DNA of 64,000 nucleotides from Camelus dromedarius (Eukaryota): assembly GCF_036321535.1 (NCBI RefSeq), contig NC_087437.1:37450001-37514000 (forward strand), in the 5' to 3' direction. Under the pieces are notes generated by a model. It was not told the DNA's origin. It saw only the letters and a list, made by a program, of their open reading frames with translations, and made no database searches. A program made the position numbers and the translations under genes. Below are positions 12,498-24,830 of the stretch, piece by piece; the stretch's first letter is position 1; each line of letters starts with the position of its first letter.

Positions 12498-15219
12498 CTT
12501 TGAGTTAGAGAAGAACTTATTATCACAGAAGCCTCTTGTCTTCTACATGCTGAGACACCAATTTGTCATCGTGAATTTTCAAGCCATAATTATCCTGTAG
12601 TGACAACAAAACTCCAGAGATCTATACAACGAGTCATACAACAGATTAGGAGGCTTACCTTCAGGAAGTAGATCTGAATAGGGACTCTTTGTATTCTCCC
12701 AGGTCTATAAGCTAGACTTTCCTGAGTGTGTTCATTTTATCTGAAAGTTGAGTTTATATATTTTAGGTGAATTTATTTTCATGGGGGAACAAGTTCTGGT
12801 AGAACTAGTAACTATAAAAAATTATCTGTGACATTCTGAAATGAGGTTTTCAAATTTAGAATATAGTCCTGACTGACTCACTTGTGTTTTCTTACAAAAA
12901 ATATTGTCAGCAAAAATTTCATCTTTATCATTATACACTGATCTATTACTGTGAATGCATATGAGTGCTACAAATGAAGTGAACACTTGGGTAAAATCAA
13001 TCGATTATATAAAGCTTATTTTGGTTAAAGAATAATACTATCTCACAGAAATGCAGATTTCAAAGGGAATGAAGAAGGTTTCATAGGTAAATAGCACTTA
13101 AAAAACTCTACTCTCAAGTGCCTTGGTGGAAAATCAAGACACGACAGCATTAAAGTTGTTCTTTTATTTGTTTCTTTAAATATTATTATCTCTTCTTATT
13201 AAATGACTATTATTAAGTTAATATTCAATAAGAAATATTAAATGAATTTGTAAAACTATCTCCCCACACATGTACTTCTACTCTCCACATTATTTCTGGC
13301 ATAAGATTTATTTTATGGTGGAGCTATTAGTTTTGAAATCCAAGAATAGTTTCTTTCATGTCCATCTCCTTTCTGATTACTCAGTAATAGAAACTGTTGT
13401 ATTCCTCTTTATCCAAATTGTGAAGAGAGCAATTACTTGGGAAATGAAAGTACAAGAGACATTTCTGAACTGAATGGAGGTAAAGCTTGCTGTTGCCAAT
13501 GTCAGATTACATCAAGTGATTTGGCATCATACAGTTTAAAAGAATAATGAATCTTGATTCATTTTGACAAATATATATATATATAGTCTGAATATAACCT
13601 GCACTGTGTGTCATGTTGCCTCTCAAATTTAATGGAACACCTTGCTTCCTTGAGAGTGGTACAGTATGCTTCATAAGTTTTCCTAGGTATGTTATATTCT
13701 TCATTGTAAAATTATAAGCAGAGGCACTGAGTTTACTACAATAAGTGAAATTTCACATAAGAGACTATTAAAAAGAAGGGGAGGAAGATTTGGCCTTCTC
13801 ACGAGACTTGCAGTTTGAATCCAACCTCGCTAATTGCTTTCTAAAACAAACAAAACAAACCAAAGAAACTACATCAACATATTTCAAAGGAATATGATAG
13901 AATCTAGAATCTCATAATACCATATTTATTCAGACCTACAGCATACCATAGTATTTATCGAAACGTGTGCTGACTATGCAGGTGTCATTTGAAACTTTTG
14001 AAATGCTCATGTTAAAACAAGAACCCTACATAATCAATTTGCAAATCACCCTTCATTATTCTAAGTCTAAATTAAGAAAATAATGCCTAAAGGAAATTCA
14101 GACTAAAAATCTGCTTCTTGGTCACACTGTTTCCACAGGGAATTTATATTTTATCAGTTTCTTTAGGGCATCATTGCCTTAACTTAGATTTGAAGAAATG
14201 AAGGATGAGTTCTTGAAATTGTACTATGTATTTACAGAAGGCAAGTATTACTTTTCCATTATGGAATACAAATAAAACTTCCCAAATACTGATCTAATTA
14301 TGTTTTTCATAATTTCCATTGCTTTTTTCCTCAAGCTTAAGGATGAGAAACCTAATAAAGCTATTGATAAACATGTTCTTTTGATCTATTTTCACATTAT
14401 TTTGACTCATTTATGAGACCTTTTCAGTACGATTGTTATTAGGTCTATGCTATCTCTTGTGACATGAGGTGGCAAACATGAATGAAATTGGGCAACTGAA
14501 AAGTCTTTGAGACTTTGAAGTCCACATTTCCTGTGGGTAGCATATGTTACTGGTAACATAAGTCACTTTTAGTAACTGAAAGGTAGACACACAGTGATAT
14601 CTAGAAAGGATAGTACCAGATAACAGGGGGGATTCCAGACCATATGCATAAGGAATGGCTGGCAATACAGGACAAAAGACTTAATGGAGTCCAGCAACAG
14701 ACAGTGTAGGAGCAGCCAAGAAGCAAAGACTCAACAGTCAGGCAGCAGGAGAGATCCTGTGCTACAGGGTCTGAGCTTAGACACTTGGTTCCAAATCCTC
14801 CGGATACAAATTAGAGGTAAGAGAGCACAATATGCAAATAATGATCTGAATTTAGTAAATAAAGAAGCATTCAATTATCTAAAGCTGAAGTGTAGGGCAG
14901 AGTGCATACCTCAGGACAAGCAAAAGTTCAGTAACGGACCTAGGACATGAAGACAGAGAGAGCAGCAAGTTTAACTTGATGAATAGTCACTGAACATTAA
15001 AATAATTTTGTCTAAAGATAATATTATACCCAGAGATTTGATGTGGATGAACTATTAGTTAGCTATCAAATATATTATTTATAGTAAGAGATTAAGGCCT
15101 ATGGAATAAAGATCTATATAAGCTATTTTGGTGAAAATGTTAACATTTTAAACAATACAACTTTAAAATGAAATACTTAGCTGTGATAAAAATAAATCAT
15201 TTCTGTTTCTTTTTAAAGG

Positions 15220-16100
15220 CAATTTTAATTTAAAAAGTATAGCTCTATATAGATAAAACTGAAAATAAATTGCATATGTTAAAGTATGTAATTCAATACA
15301 TTTTAATAAATGTCTATACACATGAAACCACCAAAATGAAGATAATGTGTATATTCATCATCTCATAAAAGTCCCTAAGTCTCCTTCTTAAAGCTAACTT
15401 CCTGCCACTTCCCTACACCCTCATCTGGTCTCCAGGCAAACAATGGTTTGATTTTTGTTACTATAGACTTGTTTTCATCTTCTAGAATGTTGTAAAAAGG
15501 AATGTATATAATATTTATTATTTTGTCTGAGTTTTTGGACTTAGTATAAAATAATTAGTATTTTAAAAATTATTTTGAGATACAAATTTCAAAAAAACTA
15601 TTTTTGAGATCCATCCATGTTGTTGCTATGTCAGTAGTCAATTCCTTTCAAATTCTGAGTAGTTAGTTCCAGGAGTTTTGTTTCAGGAGTTTTTCAGATT
15701 TTTTACATAGCTTATACTATCTTCTATAAACTAAAACAGTTCTATTTCTTCCTTCACAATCTAAGAATTTTTTATTTCCTTTTCTTGTCTTATTGCTTTA
15801 GTTAGAACTTCCATTGCAATGTTGAAAAAGAGTTATAAAAGTGGACATCCTTGCCTTGTGCCTGATCTTACTGGAAAGCTTCAAGTTTCTCATCATTACG
15901 TGCTGATGTTAGCTTCAGGTTTTTGGTAGATACTCTTTATCAAGATGAGGAACTTTCTCTTATTTCTAGTTTACTGAGAGTTCTTATCATGTATGGGTGT
16001 TGGTTAGAAACTTTTTCTGCATCTACTGATACGATTGCATAACTTTTTTTTAGCCTGTTGATACGGTGGATTACATTAATTGATTTTTAAATGTAGAAAC
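15220..16100 (-). mobile_element. Old L1 (L1MB/L1MC-like): 3' UTR piece joined to an ORF2 RT-region piece
   Basis: 15220-15660 carries L1 3'UTR antisense motifs (CAGGCAAACAATGG, TTTTGAGATCCATCCATGTTGTTGC). 15690-16100 carries ORF2 antisense GTGGACATCCTTGCCTTGTGCCTGATCTT. Confidence 0.85.
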
Positions 16101-16109
16101 CAATATACC

Positions 16110-17105
16110 TGTACTCCATCCTAAACCTTCTTGATCTCCCATTCAAATAGTTGAAAAAGTCTCCTAACATGCCTCCATGGTTCCATCCTTGTTCCTCTAC
16201 AGTATCCAGTTATCCAGTTTTAAAGCATTTACTTCAACTAACTACCCCTCCCCTTCTCTGGCCTCACCACCTACTGTTTTTCCTCCTCATTCATTCTCCT
16301 CTAGTCATTTGGGCTCTGCTCTTCATTTGCCTGGAATATATTTAATGAAAGCACTGACATATCTCAATCTTTTACCTTTTCTGCTTCCTTCTCCTATATT
16401 ACCTACCACTGACGGCTTCCTGGCTAACCACATATAACAATAAAACTCCTCCTCCATCCTGGCACAAGTTCCTCCTACACCCTAGCAGAGATGAATTATT
16501 TTTTCCAAGTATTCACTCTTATTCCATGTAAGAAGATTATACATCACTGCCAGCTGCTGTGTGATTTGAAGTACCATCCTATGGGAGGAATAAACTTGCC
16601 TGCTTCATTGAAATCACACTTCACTATATGACTTGTTTGACCAATGAAACAAAAACAGAATTGATGATATTCTGGTTAGAGCAAAGGTTTTACATATCAC
16701 CTTATGATATGGTTCAGTCACTTGCACTTTTGAGCCTGCCATTAGAATGCTTTGTCCCAGACTGGGGTTGGTCCTTTAGCTTCAATTCCAAAATAAATAA
16801 ATACACAGAGCAAAGTCATAGCTAGTGTAGAACCACATCTGTCCCCAGTCAGCATGAGGCACAGTAACTTCAGAATTGTTGATTATCACAGCATAACTTA
16901 ACAGATAAAGCTGACCATATGGATATATTGTATAATTTCCCTATTTTATTTATTTATTGTCTTTGTTACAAAAGTGTCACTTCCACAGAAGTAAGGACTG
17001 AATCTGTTTTATTTTCTCTTGTATCTCCAAAACCTAGAATAGTGTCTGATACATGGTGATACTCAAAAAATATTTGCATAATAAATAATTGAATAAATAA
17101 GTGAA
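16110..17105 (+). mobile_element. L2a split by a MaLR LTR
   Basis: L2 body 16110-16510. The L2 terminus TGTATCTCCAAAACCTAGAATAGTGTCTGATACATGGTGATACTCAAAAAATATTTG...GAAT lies at 16920-17105. Confidence 0.75.
16520..16920 (+). mobile_element. MaLR solo LTR (MLT1I/J-like) nested in L2
   Basis: ATGACTTGTTTGACCAATGAAA and terminal TTATCACAGCATAACTTAAC...GCTGAC resemble MLT1I/J. Confidence 0.65.
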
Positions 17106-17799
17106 TATAATTGTTTAGCAGACCAATACAGATAATTCTTACTAAATATTTGGCCAATACTAAATTTTCAAATACTAAATTATCATTGTTAGAAATATCA
17201 TGTTTTTTAACTGTTAGAATCTCCATACTGTAGAAATGAGAGCTTTGCACATACTATGTGCTTAATATAAATGTATGAATATAATTAAATTTGCCATCGG
17301 TTTGTGTCAGAGGATACAGAATCTCAAATATGTTTTTGATTTATTAATGACTTTCCAGAGTTGAGTGAATTTTAACCTCTTTGCAGATTATGAAAGATAT
17401 TTTTTAATTGACTCAAGCTGTCTACTGATGATCTGAATACTAATAAGTCCCCTCTAGGCTCATATTAGAAAGATCATGAACCTCATTTTTATTAGACATT
17501 AACAATTAAGATCAGATTTGTTTCAATGTGTCAACAAAGATGTACTGAGTACTTATTATGTGAAGGCATCATTCAAGGAGCTGTGAAAATAATTTAAAAG
17601 ATAATTAGAGATGCATATATGCTATCACTATATTGGGTATGCTAGTTGAAAGGCCCAGGATAAAATAAAATATCCTTATATTTGAACAAATATATGCAGT
17701 GGAATTTTTCTTTTACTTCTTGACAGAGATGAGGTAGAAATTATGCAAGGACTTTATGTGTGTGATATTTTTATGTACAGGATTCCAAGAGAGAGTTAA

Positions 17800-17912
17800 T
17801 CATGAATTCATTCAGCATATACTCACTGAGTATATATTAAGTTCAAGGCAACCTGATAGGATCTATGTACTAAGATGATGCAGAGACGGTTTCTCCCCTG
17901 AAGAAGTGTCCA
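17800..17912 (-). mobile_element. L2 3' fragment
   Basis: ATTCATTCAGCATATACTCACTGAGTA...CTCCCCTGAAGAAG. Confidence 0.55.
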
Positions 17913-18569
17913 GTTATTTCCCATAAAGATATCATTAGAAAATAAAGAAAATTTCTCTTAAAAAATAACAGTGAAACTGAAAATTACCTAATTCCAAGTG
18001 AATGAAAGTAAATTTATTTTTTTCCTAAAGAAGAAAGAGCAATTTGTAGACCTGGGAGGCTGATTTCCCCAGATAAGCCAAGCAGGTCCTGAAATGGCCG
18101 TTTCTCCCGGTACAGCCACTACCAGCCCAGGGTAATCTCATCAGCTTGCTACAGTGTGACATATAAATATGATCATTTTGTATATGCATGACAAAAGAAA
18201 TTTGAAAGTGAAAAAGTTTGGAAAATGCTACATTAGCAAGTTTTCCAGTGCCAGCAAAACCATTAAAGGTTTTGGCTAGAAAGCTACATCATATAATTCA
18301 GCTATCACAAAAATGTTATATTTATTGAAAAACAATATGATAGGCAGCAGAAGACAGACAACACTGAAACAGGCAACAGCCTGCCTTGGATCTCCCTGTG
18401 TCTTTGCAGATTTAAGCCTCTGAATGCACAGTACTTGCTTTCTACCCCCCCCCCCCATTATTCTCTCTGTCTTTAAAATTTTGAATTTTTCATTTTGAAT
18501 TTTTTAGGTTACTAATAGCAAACATTTTACTCCATCTCTGTATGTGCAATTTCTATGTGTCTTTTAGCA

Positions 18570-18705
18570 GATCTATTGGATTAGAACCTCACCCTTGGGA
18601 GGGGTTATTTAACCTTAATTACCACTTTAAAGGTACTGTCTCTAAATACAATCACACTGGGGGTTAGAACATATGAATACAGGGGAAATATAATTCAGTC
18701 CACAA
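18570..18705 (-). mobile_element. MaLR LTR fragment (MLT1A/B-like)
   Basis: TTTAACCTTAATTACCACTTTAAAGGTACTGTCTCTAAATACAATCACACTGGGGGTTAG...AATTCAGTCCA. Confidence 0.8.
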
Positions 18706-18719
18706 AAGATATTTAGAGA

Positions 18720-18768
18720 TACAGATACATACATACCTGCATACATACATACATACAGATAGACAGAT
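18720..18768. repeat. (TACA)n/(GATA)n compound tetranucleotide repeat
   Basis: ATACATACATACCTGCATACATACATACATACAGATAGACAGAT. Confidence 0.75.
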
Positions 18769-18799
18769 GTTTAGAGGGAATAGTTTTTAGTAAATTTGA

Positions 18800-20295
18800 G
18801 CAACATAATCAGTAGGTGCTAAACCTCAGAGGGGGAGAGTATCATAGATACCAGGGAGTCTGTATGGTCTCCTAGTACCTCCCTACAGATTGCTTATCAC
18901 TTGCAAGAAAAAAAGTAGTAACTAAGCAATGAAGAAAATAAACAAACACTTGACTAGGTGATCAAAATTAACACCACCAATCCAGAGCAGAGGGATATCA
19001 CTTGCTTCCAGGGTGATACCCTGAGAAAAACACAAGATCATGTTTATAATATTCTGACTGAGGATATGTAAACTAAATCCAACTGTGAGAAAGAGTCAGA
19101 CAATCCCAACTTGAAGGACATTCTGTAACGTAACTGATCTGCTTTCTTCAAAACTCTCAATGGCATGAAAGACAAAAGCTGAGATACTGTTCCAGATAAA
19201 AGAAAAATAAAGATGACAGCCAAATGCAACCCATGATTCTGGACTGAATCTTGTACTCAAGGAGAAAGAATTATAAAAAGGAAATTATGGGACCAATAGA
19301 AAAAATTGGAATATAGACCATAAATTATATAAAACTATTGTATTAATTCTACATTTCCTGAATTTGCTAAGTGTACTGTGGTTATATAAGAAAATATTCT
19401 TGTTTTTAGGAAACACACAATGAAAAATTTAAGGAACAAAGGATGTGATATGTGTAACCTGAGGCTCTCACATCAACTAGACATTCAGACTCACAAGAAC
19501 CTCAATGGCCACATTTGGCACCACTTTAATAAAAAAGAACAGGGCGGAATCACAGCCTGCCAGAAGGGGAGTCAGACATCACTCTTCTCCAGGAGTTCTT
19601 GCTGTGGTCTAATATCTCAAAGCCAGAGAGGCATGATCCAAATCAGGAGGTTGCAGGAACTGATGTAGCCAAAAAATTCTAGGCTGCATAGCACCAATGT
19701 CTAATAAGAATGCCATAGCAGTGCTTCCAGGGCCAGAGGGTATGCTAGTTGCACAAGTCAGCACATTCTGAGAAGCCCAAGATATGGTTTACTATCGAGT
19801 ATTCATGCAATTTACCAATCTGAAGTCATTTTTTACCATAAGTATTTAGTAACACAATTGACATTTCAACATTTATCAGGTAACCAGAAGAAAAGAGTTA
19901 GAGAGTTCATCAAAGATCAAATTTTCATACCAGTGAGAAATGTTTTTGCTCAACCTTTAATCAAGGCAACAATTCTCATATGATTCATGAGAAATAATAA
20001 TAGAGTAATAGTAATAAATAATAAATAGAAAAATAGTAATATGTATATATGTACATATGTATGTGTGTATGTACGTACAGGATAGACGATGAAAAAAGTA
20101 GCAAAATAATAACTTCATATTTTCTTAGTATCTTATAGTCTTTAAAACTGTCATTGGCAATGCCTTCAACAAACATTCTTTAATTAGTGAATCTGGATGT
20201 AAGGTCTTGTAAATAAGTAATAAATATATGGGAGTTACCTGTACTAATCTTGAATCTTTCCTTTAAGGTTGATAAATTTTCAAAGTAAAAAGTTT
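18800..20295 (+). mobile_element. L1MC4/L1MC5-like 3' UTR, interrupted by a ~0.5-kb insert
   Basis: CTTGACTAGGTGATCAAAATTAACACCACCAAT, TCAGACAATCCCAACTTGAAGGACATTCT, AAATGCAACCCATGATTCTGGACTGAATC, terminal GTGAATCTGG...TCAAAGTAAAAAGTT. Confidence 0.85.
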
Positions 20296-21470
20296 TTTGT
20301 AAAGTGGAATGAAATATCAAAAAAGGAGGCTTAATTAATGTTTGAAACATTGCAACTTCCTTTTTTAAAATGATTTTTGACAGTTTATTTCCGAACAACC
20401 AAGATGCGATATGTAAATTATCAGGGAAATATAATCTCTCTTAACTTCCACGATACCTATGCAGTGTGCAATTTCTCTGGGCTTTTAGAAAGCCTTTGCC
20501 TTTTTAAAAATCACTGATAAAAGAGAAAATACTGAGACTATGGAGAACAATGGCATTCAAAGAACACTAACATGTTCTTTAAAAAAAAATCTGTTTCTTT
20601 TCCTCTACAGTGGTTTGAACACCAAGTAAAAGTCAAACTTAACTACGCAGATGATAAAAAACAAGGCATATCTGTCTTTCCTAATTGGTGCAGAAAGTTG
20701 CCTTTAAAGCTTTGCTGCCTACAATCTACAAATCATCTGGAATTCTAGACACTCTCATAAAGTTCAAAAGTGCAGTCCACTTCATTTCTCACCCACGGAT
20801 ATCTGGATAGCCCTTAAAGCTATTAAAGGAAATGAGAATGAAAACCTACATTCAAGTAGTGAAGTCAGTCTGCAGTGGATAGTAATGAAATGAGATGAAT
20901 CCCTTTTACTGACATTGTTCCTGTCATACCCCTTACCAATCAAATGTAATGAAAATGTAGTGTATCAGAGAAATGAGTGTGGAAGTAAAAAGTTATGATG
21001 TTTTAAGTTCATTTTTTATGGTCTAATTATTTAACGGTTACACTTAAAAGATTTTTGATCATGGACAATACATTAAGGATACATGTTAAAAGATAATTAT
21101 ACTTTACATTTTCTTAGCACTTTATAGTTTTTGAAAATTTCATTGGAAACTTCTCCAGTAAGCATTCCTTAGATATATATTACATTTCAGAGTATGAGGA
21201 ATTAGATAGAAGAAATCAATCATTTGAAGGAGGTGTTCTTGTTGCCATTTTATAGATAAGTAAAGCTAAGGGTAAGCATTAAAGTTTAACCAGATAGGAA
21301 AAGAATGATTTTTAATATAGAGAGCAACATTTCTATTTTCCATTTTAATGCATATATATTTTTCTTTTATTTTTGTCATTATAGGACTACATACTAGTAT
21401 CATATAGCATAATGCACGTTAATACTTAGATGGTCTTCAAAAGGCATAGACAAATCACCCCAGTCTTTTC

Positions 21471-22115
21471 TGTGGGAGCCCATGATTGGGTTAACAAATT
21501 GTAACAGACCCCTGCCGCTTATCTCCTTAAAGAAGATGTGCTTAGTAATCACCTTGCTTGCATAGTTGAGGTTTTAGCAATGACCCAGGCCCTCAGCTAT
21601 AAACGCTGGGCATGCCTGCTGTGAGATAGTCTTCTATCCCCAAAACAACCTTGGGCTGGAATGGTAAACAAGTTATAAAAAGCTGCAGACTCAGAGATGA
21701 GAAGGCTGGTTAGCCAATGACGGGTAAGATCCCCAGAGGGGGGCAATCTAAGACAGGCACAGCAGCCTGGGTCCAAGAAAAATGTTGTTAAGCAGCTGAT
21801 TCTTATATGTTCTGCCCTGATAAACTGAAAGGCTCAACATGATTATGATTCACCAAAAAGGGTCTTCTGACCTTGAACCAAACACCAACAATAAACAAAG
21901 CCTTTGTACCTATTGTGATCCCACCCTGTCCTTCCCTAAATTCCTGCATTCCTCCTTTGACTGTATACAATAAATATGGGAGCATTTGAGAGGCTCGAGG
22001 AGTTGGCTCCCAGCTCCCTCTCGCTCTCTTGACTTTTCCACAGAGTCTTAAGTAATTCATTCCATCTCGGTGGGACTTCTGCTGGTCAGAACCCACAACT
22101 GGTGATGAACCCACA
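21471..22115 (+). mobile_element. Solo LTR, probably class II (ERV2/ERVK-like), 645 bp, 6-bp TSD
   Basis: Inverted termini TGTGGG...CCCACA. Flanks CTTTTC (21465-21470) and CTTTAC (22116-22121). CCAAT box at 21714-21718 and an AATAAATA element at 21969. Confidence 0.85.
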
Positions 22116-22329
22116 CTTTACAAGCAGAACTTCCTTATTCTGGCCCTTGTTCAATGGGATATGGATGCACATTTTTACTCATTTTAAATGAGTGAGAGAT
22201 GGACTTCTATCATATTACATTAAAATGCATTTTCATTGTACACATAGCATTCTTTTTTCAAAAAATGTTTGGATACATCCAACATTAATATTATATATCC
22301 ATAATAATAGAAACTTCCTACATTTCTAT

Positions 22330-22515
22330 AAATTGTCAACAAACTGCTATGACAACTATTATTGCTTGTTAACCTATACTATGGATATTATCATTCCCAA
22401 ATTAAAGGTAAGAAAACTGAGGCTAAGATCTACTCAAAATCATACATTTTATAAGAAATAGAAAACTCAATAGCATATCTGATTTACAAGCCCAATATTC
22501 TTCTCACCTTACCAA
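22330..22515 (-). mobile_element. MIR SINE
   Basis: TATTATCATTCCCAAATTAAAGGTAAGAAAACTGAGGCT core. Confidence 0.65.
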
Positions 22516-22689
22516 CAATAAATACATAGTTTCACCTCAAATTTTGTAAGAAAGTAAGAAAGATGAAAAATTAGCTGTTTTATTTTCTAAGGTTAAGCTC
22601 TTTAGGAAAGAATAAAAGCAGCCAAGGCTCTAAGTCTGGAAAAATGTGACTTTTGTTATACCAAGAGAGATTAAAGAGTTCTTACATTT

Positions 22690-22930
22690 TAAAAGGCTAT
22701 GCTCACTGCAATTGAGCTAAGTTGTCTTTGAGTGCTGCCAAGAATTGAAGAGAAAGTGGCCAGATCTCAGAGAAAGCTGAATTCTCTAAGAAAGAGTACA
22801 AAGGCAAGGAGCGGCTGGAGGTAACACTCAATTACCACACAGGACACTGGCCCGAAAGTTGAGGTGTTGTAGATTAGTCAATAAGCACCCTGAAAATTGT
22901 AATGGAAATGCTGGTTCTAAGTTTGGCATA
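22690..22930 (+). pseudogene. gag: Degraded ERVL gag fragment
   Basis: AAAGTTGAGGTGTTG...CACCCTGAAAATTGTAATGGAAATGCTGG resembles the ERVL gag KVRALIGKEWDPENWNGDIW region. Upstream TTGAGTGCTGCCAAGAATTGAAGAGAAAG resembles the gag 5' part. Confidence 0.5.
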
Positions 22931-23559
22931 TGGAGGAAGTGGACAACCTCAAAAAATACTCACATTGAATATGTACTGGAGTCTGTGGGAGCCTGAGTTC
23001 CCCAGAGAGCAGGGTCTGAACGGGAGGAAGCAAGAGTGAGGAAGACACGTGATTCAAAAAACAAGGGAGAGCCAATACAAAGATACATAATGCAGTTGGC
23101 CAATAACTGCTTGCTCATTTTAAATGGACCTCCTGAAATGTCAATAAGATGCATGTCATAACTGATCCTCAAGGAAATGAAGGGGAAAATTACATATCAT
23201 TGGTCAAATGTTACCCTCACTGGGAAATACATGAGCTATACTTCTTAGTATCTCCACTTTAACATTAACAGCAAAGCCCCAGACTAGAAGCAAGAGGAGC
23301 TCATAACAAGGGCCACAGAACTGCTTACAGCGGCAGCAGCTCAAACAGTAAAGCTGTGAGGGCAAGAGCCTCTTAAATAATGCATAAGAGAAGTTCCATA
23401 TTAACTGCTCTCATACAACTCAGATACACTCACACTCTCTACAAAGTCTAACCAATCACAGAATTGCCATAAACCGGAAGGTCCATGTCAGTCTCTTAAA
23501 AGACTGAAGGCAAGAAGATTATGGTAATAAATCTTCATTGCTGCATTTGTTTGTAACGA

Positions 23560-24190
23560 TATTTGTCTCTCCTCTCCATTTCCCATTGTCATTTGCTCAC
23601 ACCTTCAGCTGACTGACCTGTATTGTTCTCCTTTGTCACCAAGGGGTCTGGGTCCTTACTAGCTTTATCTTTGTCAGACTGTGATGGTTTCAATAATACA
23701 TTTGCCACTTAGTTCTCTGTTTTAGGACATATTTTTCAATGTTCCTGCTGTTTATCAGATATCTTGGCTCCTGATGGAAATCAAGATTCAATTATTCTGG
23801 CCAATATAGCAACATTTTTCTGTACCTGCTGGATTACTGGCATTAAAAACCTCAACATGACTTGATGTCAGTTGTGACCTCAAGTTGAGCGAAAACTTTG
23901 TTGCATTCCCGAAGAGGAAGCTCTAACCACGAACCTCATGTTCTATTGGATCAGCTGCATCTGTGTGTTAGAATATATGAAAAAGCAATGGCACTTATAG
24001 CCATGTATCCACTATATCACCTCCTTTACCATAAAACTGTAGCTCCTGGTGCAATACAGTGTTGTGTGTGATACTATGTCAATAGATTACAATAGATTAG
24101 ACTCCTGTAAGACCTAGGAGAGAAGGACAATGATGCTGGCAGAAATAGTGAAGGCAGAGAAGGCAAATCCATATTCAGAGTTGATGTTAA
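23560..24190 (-). pseudogene. pol: Degraded ERVL pol 3' region: integrase core plus dUTPase
   Basis: Minus-strand manual translation gives NINSEYGFAFSAFTISASII (24129-24188; cf. ERVL IDTYSGYGFAFPA). A region matches GIPHSIASDQGTHF...AAGLIER, and LMPVIQQVQKNVAILARIIE (~23770-23850) matches ERVL dUTPase LMPLNQQAKKGVTVLAGVID. Multiple stops and frameshifts. Confidence 0.8.
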
Positions 24191-24830
24191 CTGAGAAGTC
24201 CAGAAGCAAGAGGGACAGGGACAAACTCTGGGCCTGAGCTGAAGTATTCTTAGGCTGTACCTGCATGAAGCTAGTTCAAAGCCCACACAGAAATAATTTC
24301 TGCAGCAATGGCTTTATATTTGTGAAACAGTGCATGCTATATGTTTAACACAGGGTTCTAGGTATCAAAGGAGAAGTAGATTCTTAAAATTACTGACATT
24401 TAATTTTCAACCCACCTAAAAGGCACTCACATAATTTAACTTTATTTAGAAATGCGTCCTTCCTTGTAGTAAAGTAACATAAAAAAGTCACACAGTTTAT
24501 ATTCAATGATACTTATATCCATGGAAAGCAAGGAAATGTATCAATAAATATTTTATTTCAAGGAACATGGTAGAACATTGCTAGAATTTGTATCCTAAAC
24601 AATCCCCAAAGTAGTCACAAACAGTTGATGGAGTTATGCAATGGCTGCTTGGGGATTTGATTTTTGACCCATTTGGTTCTATCTGGACAAATATTCCATG
24701 TGCTCATTCCAGACTGATAAATTATCAAAATTCCCAACTCAAAAAACAAAAAACCCTCTGAAATGCTGTAGTCACTGATTTTGGTCTCTGGGAAGCATCC
24801 TTCCCTATCATCAGACAACTTCTAACAGTT

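Noticed and set aside
12659..12740. Minus-strand 82-nt exon-like segment (TTTCAG|...GAAG|GTAAGC)
   Set aside because: All three frames contain stops and there is no other support; chance motif pairing is likely.
18445..18456. C12 homopolymer as a G-quadruplex element
   Set aside because: Single isolated run with no further G-tracts or promoter context.
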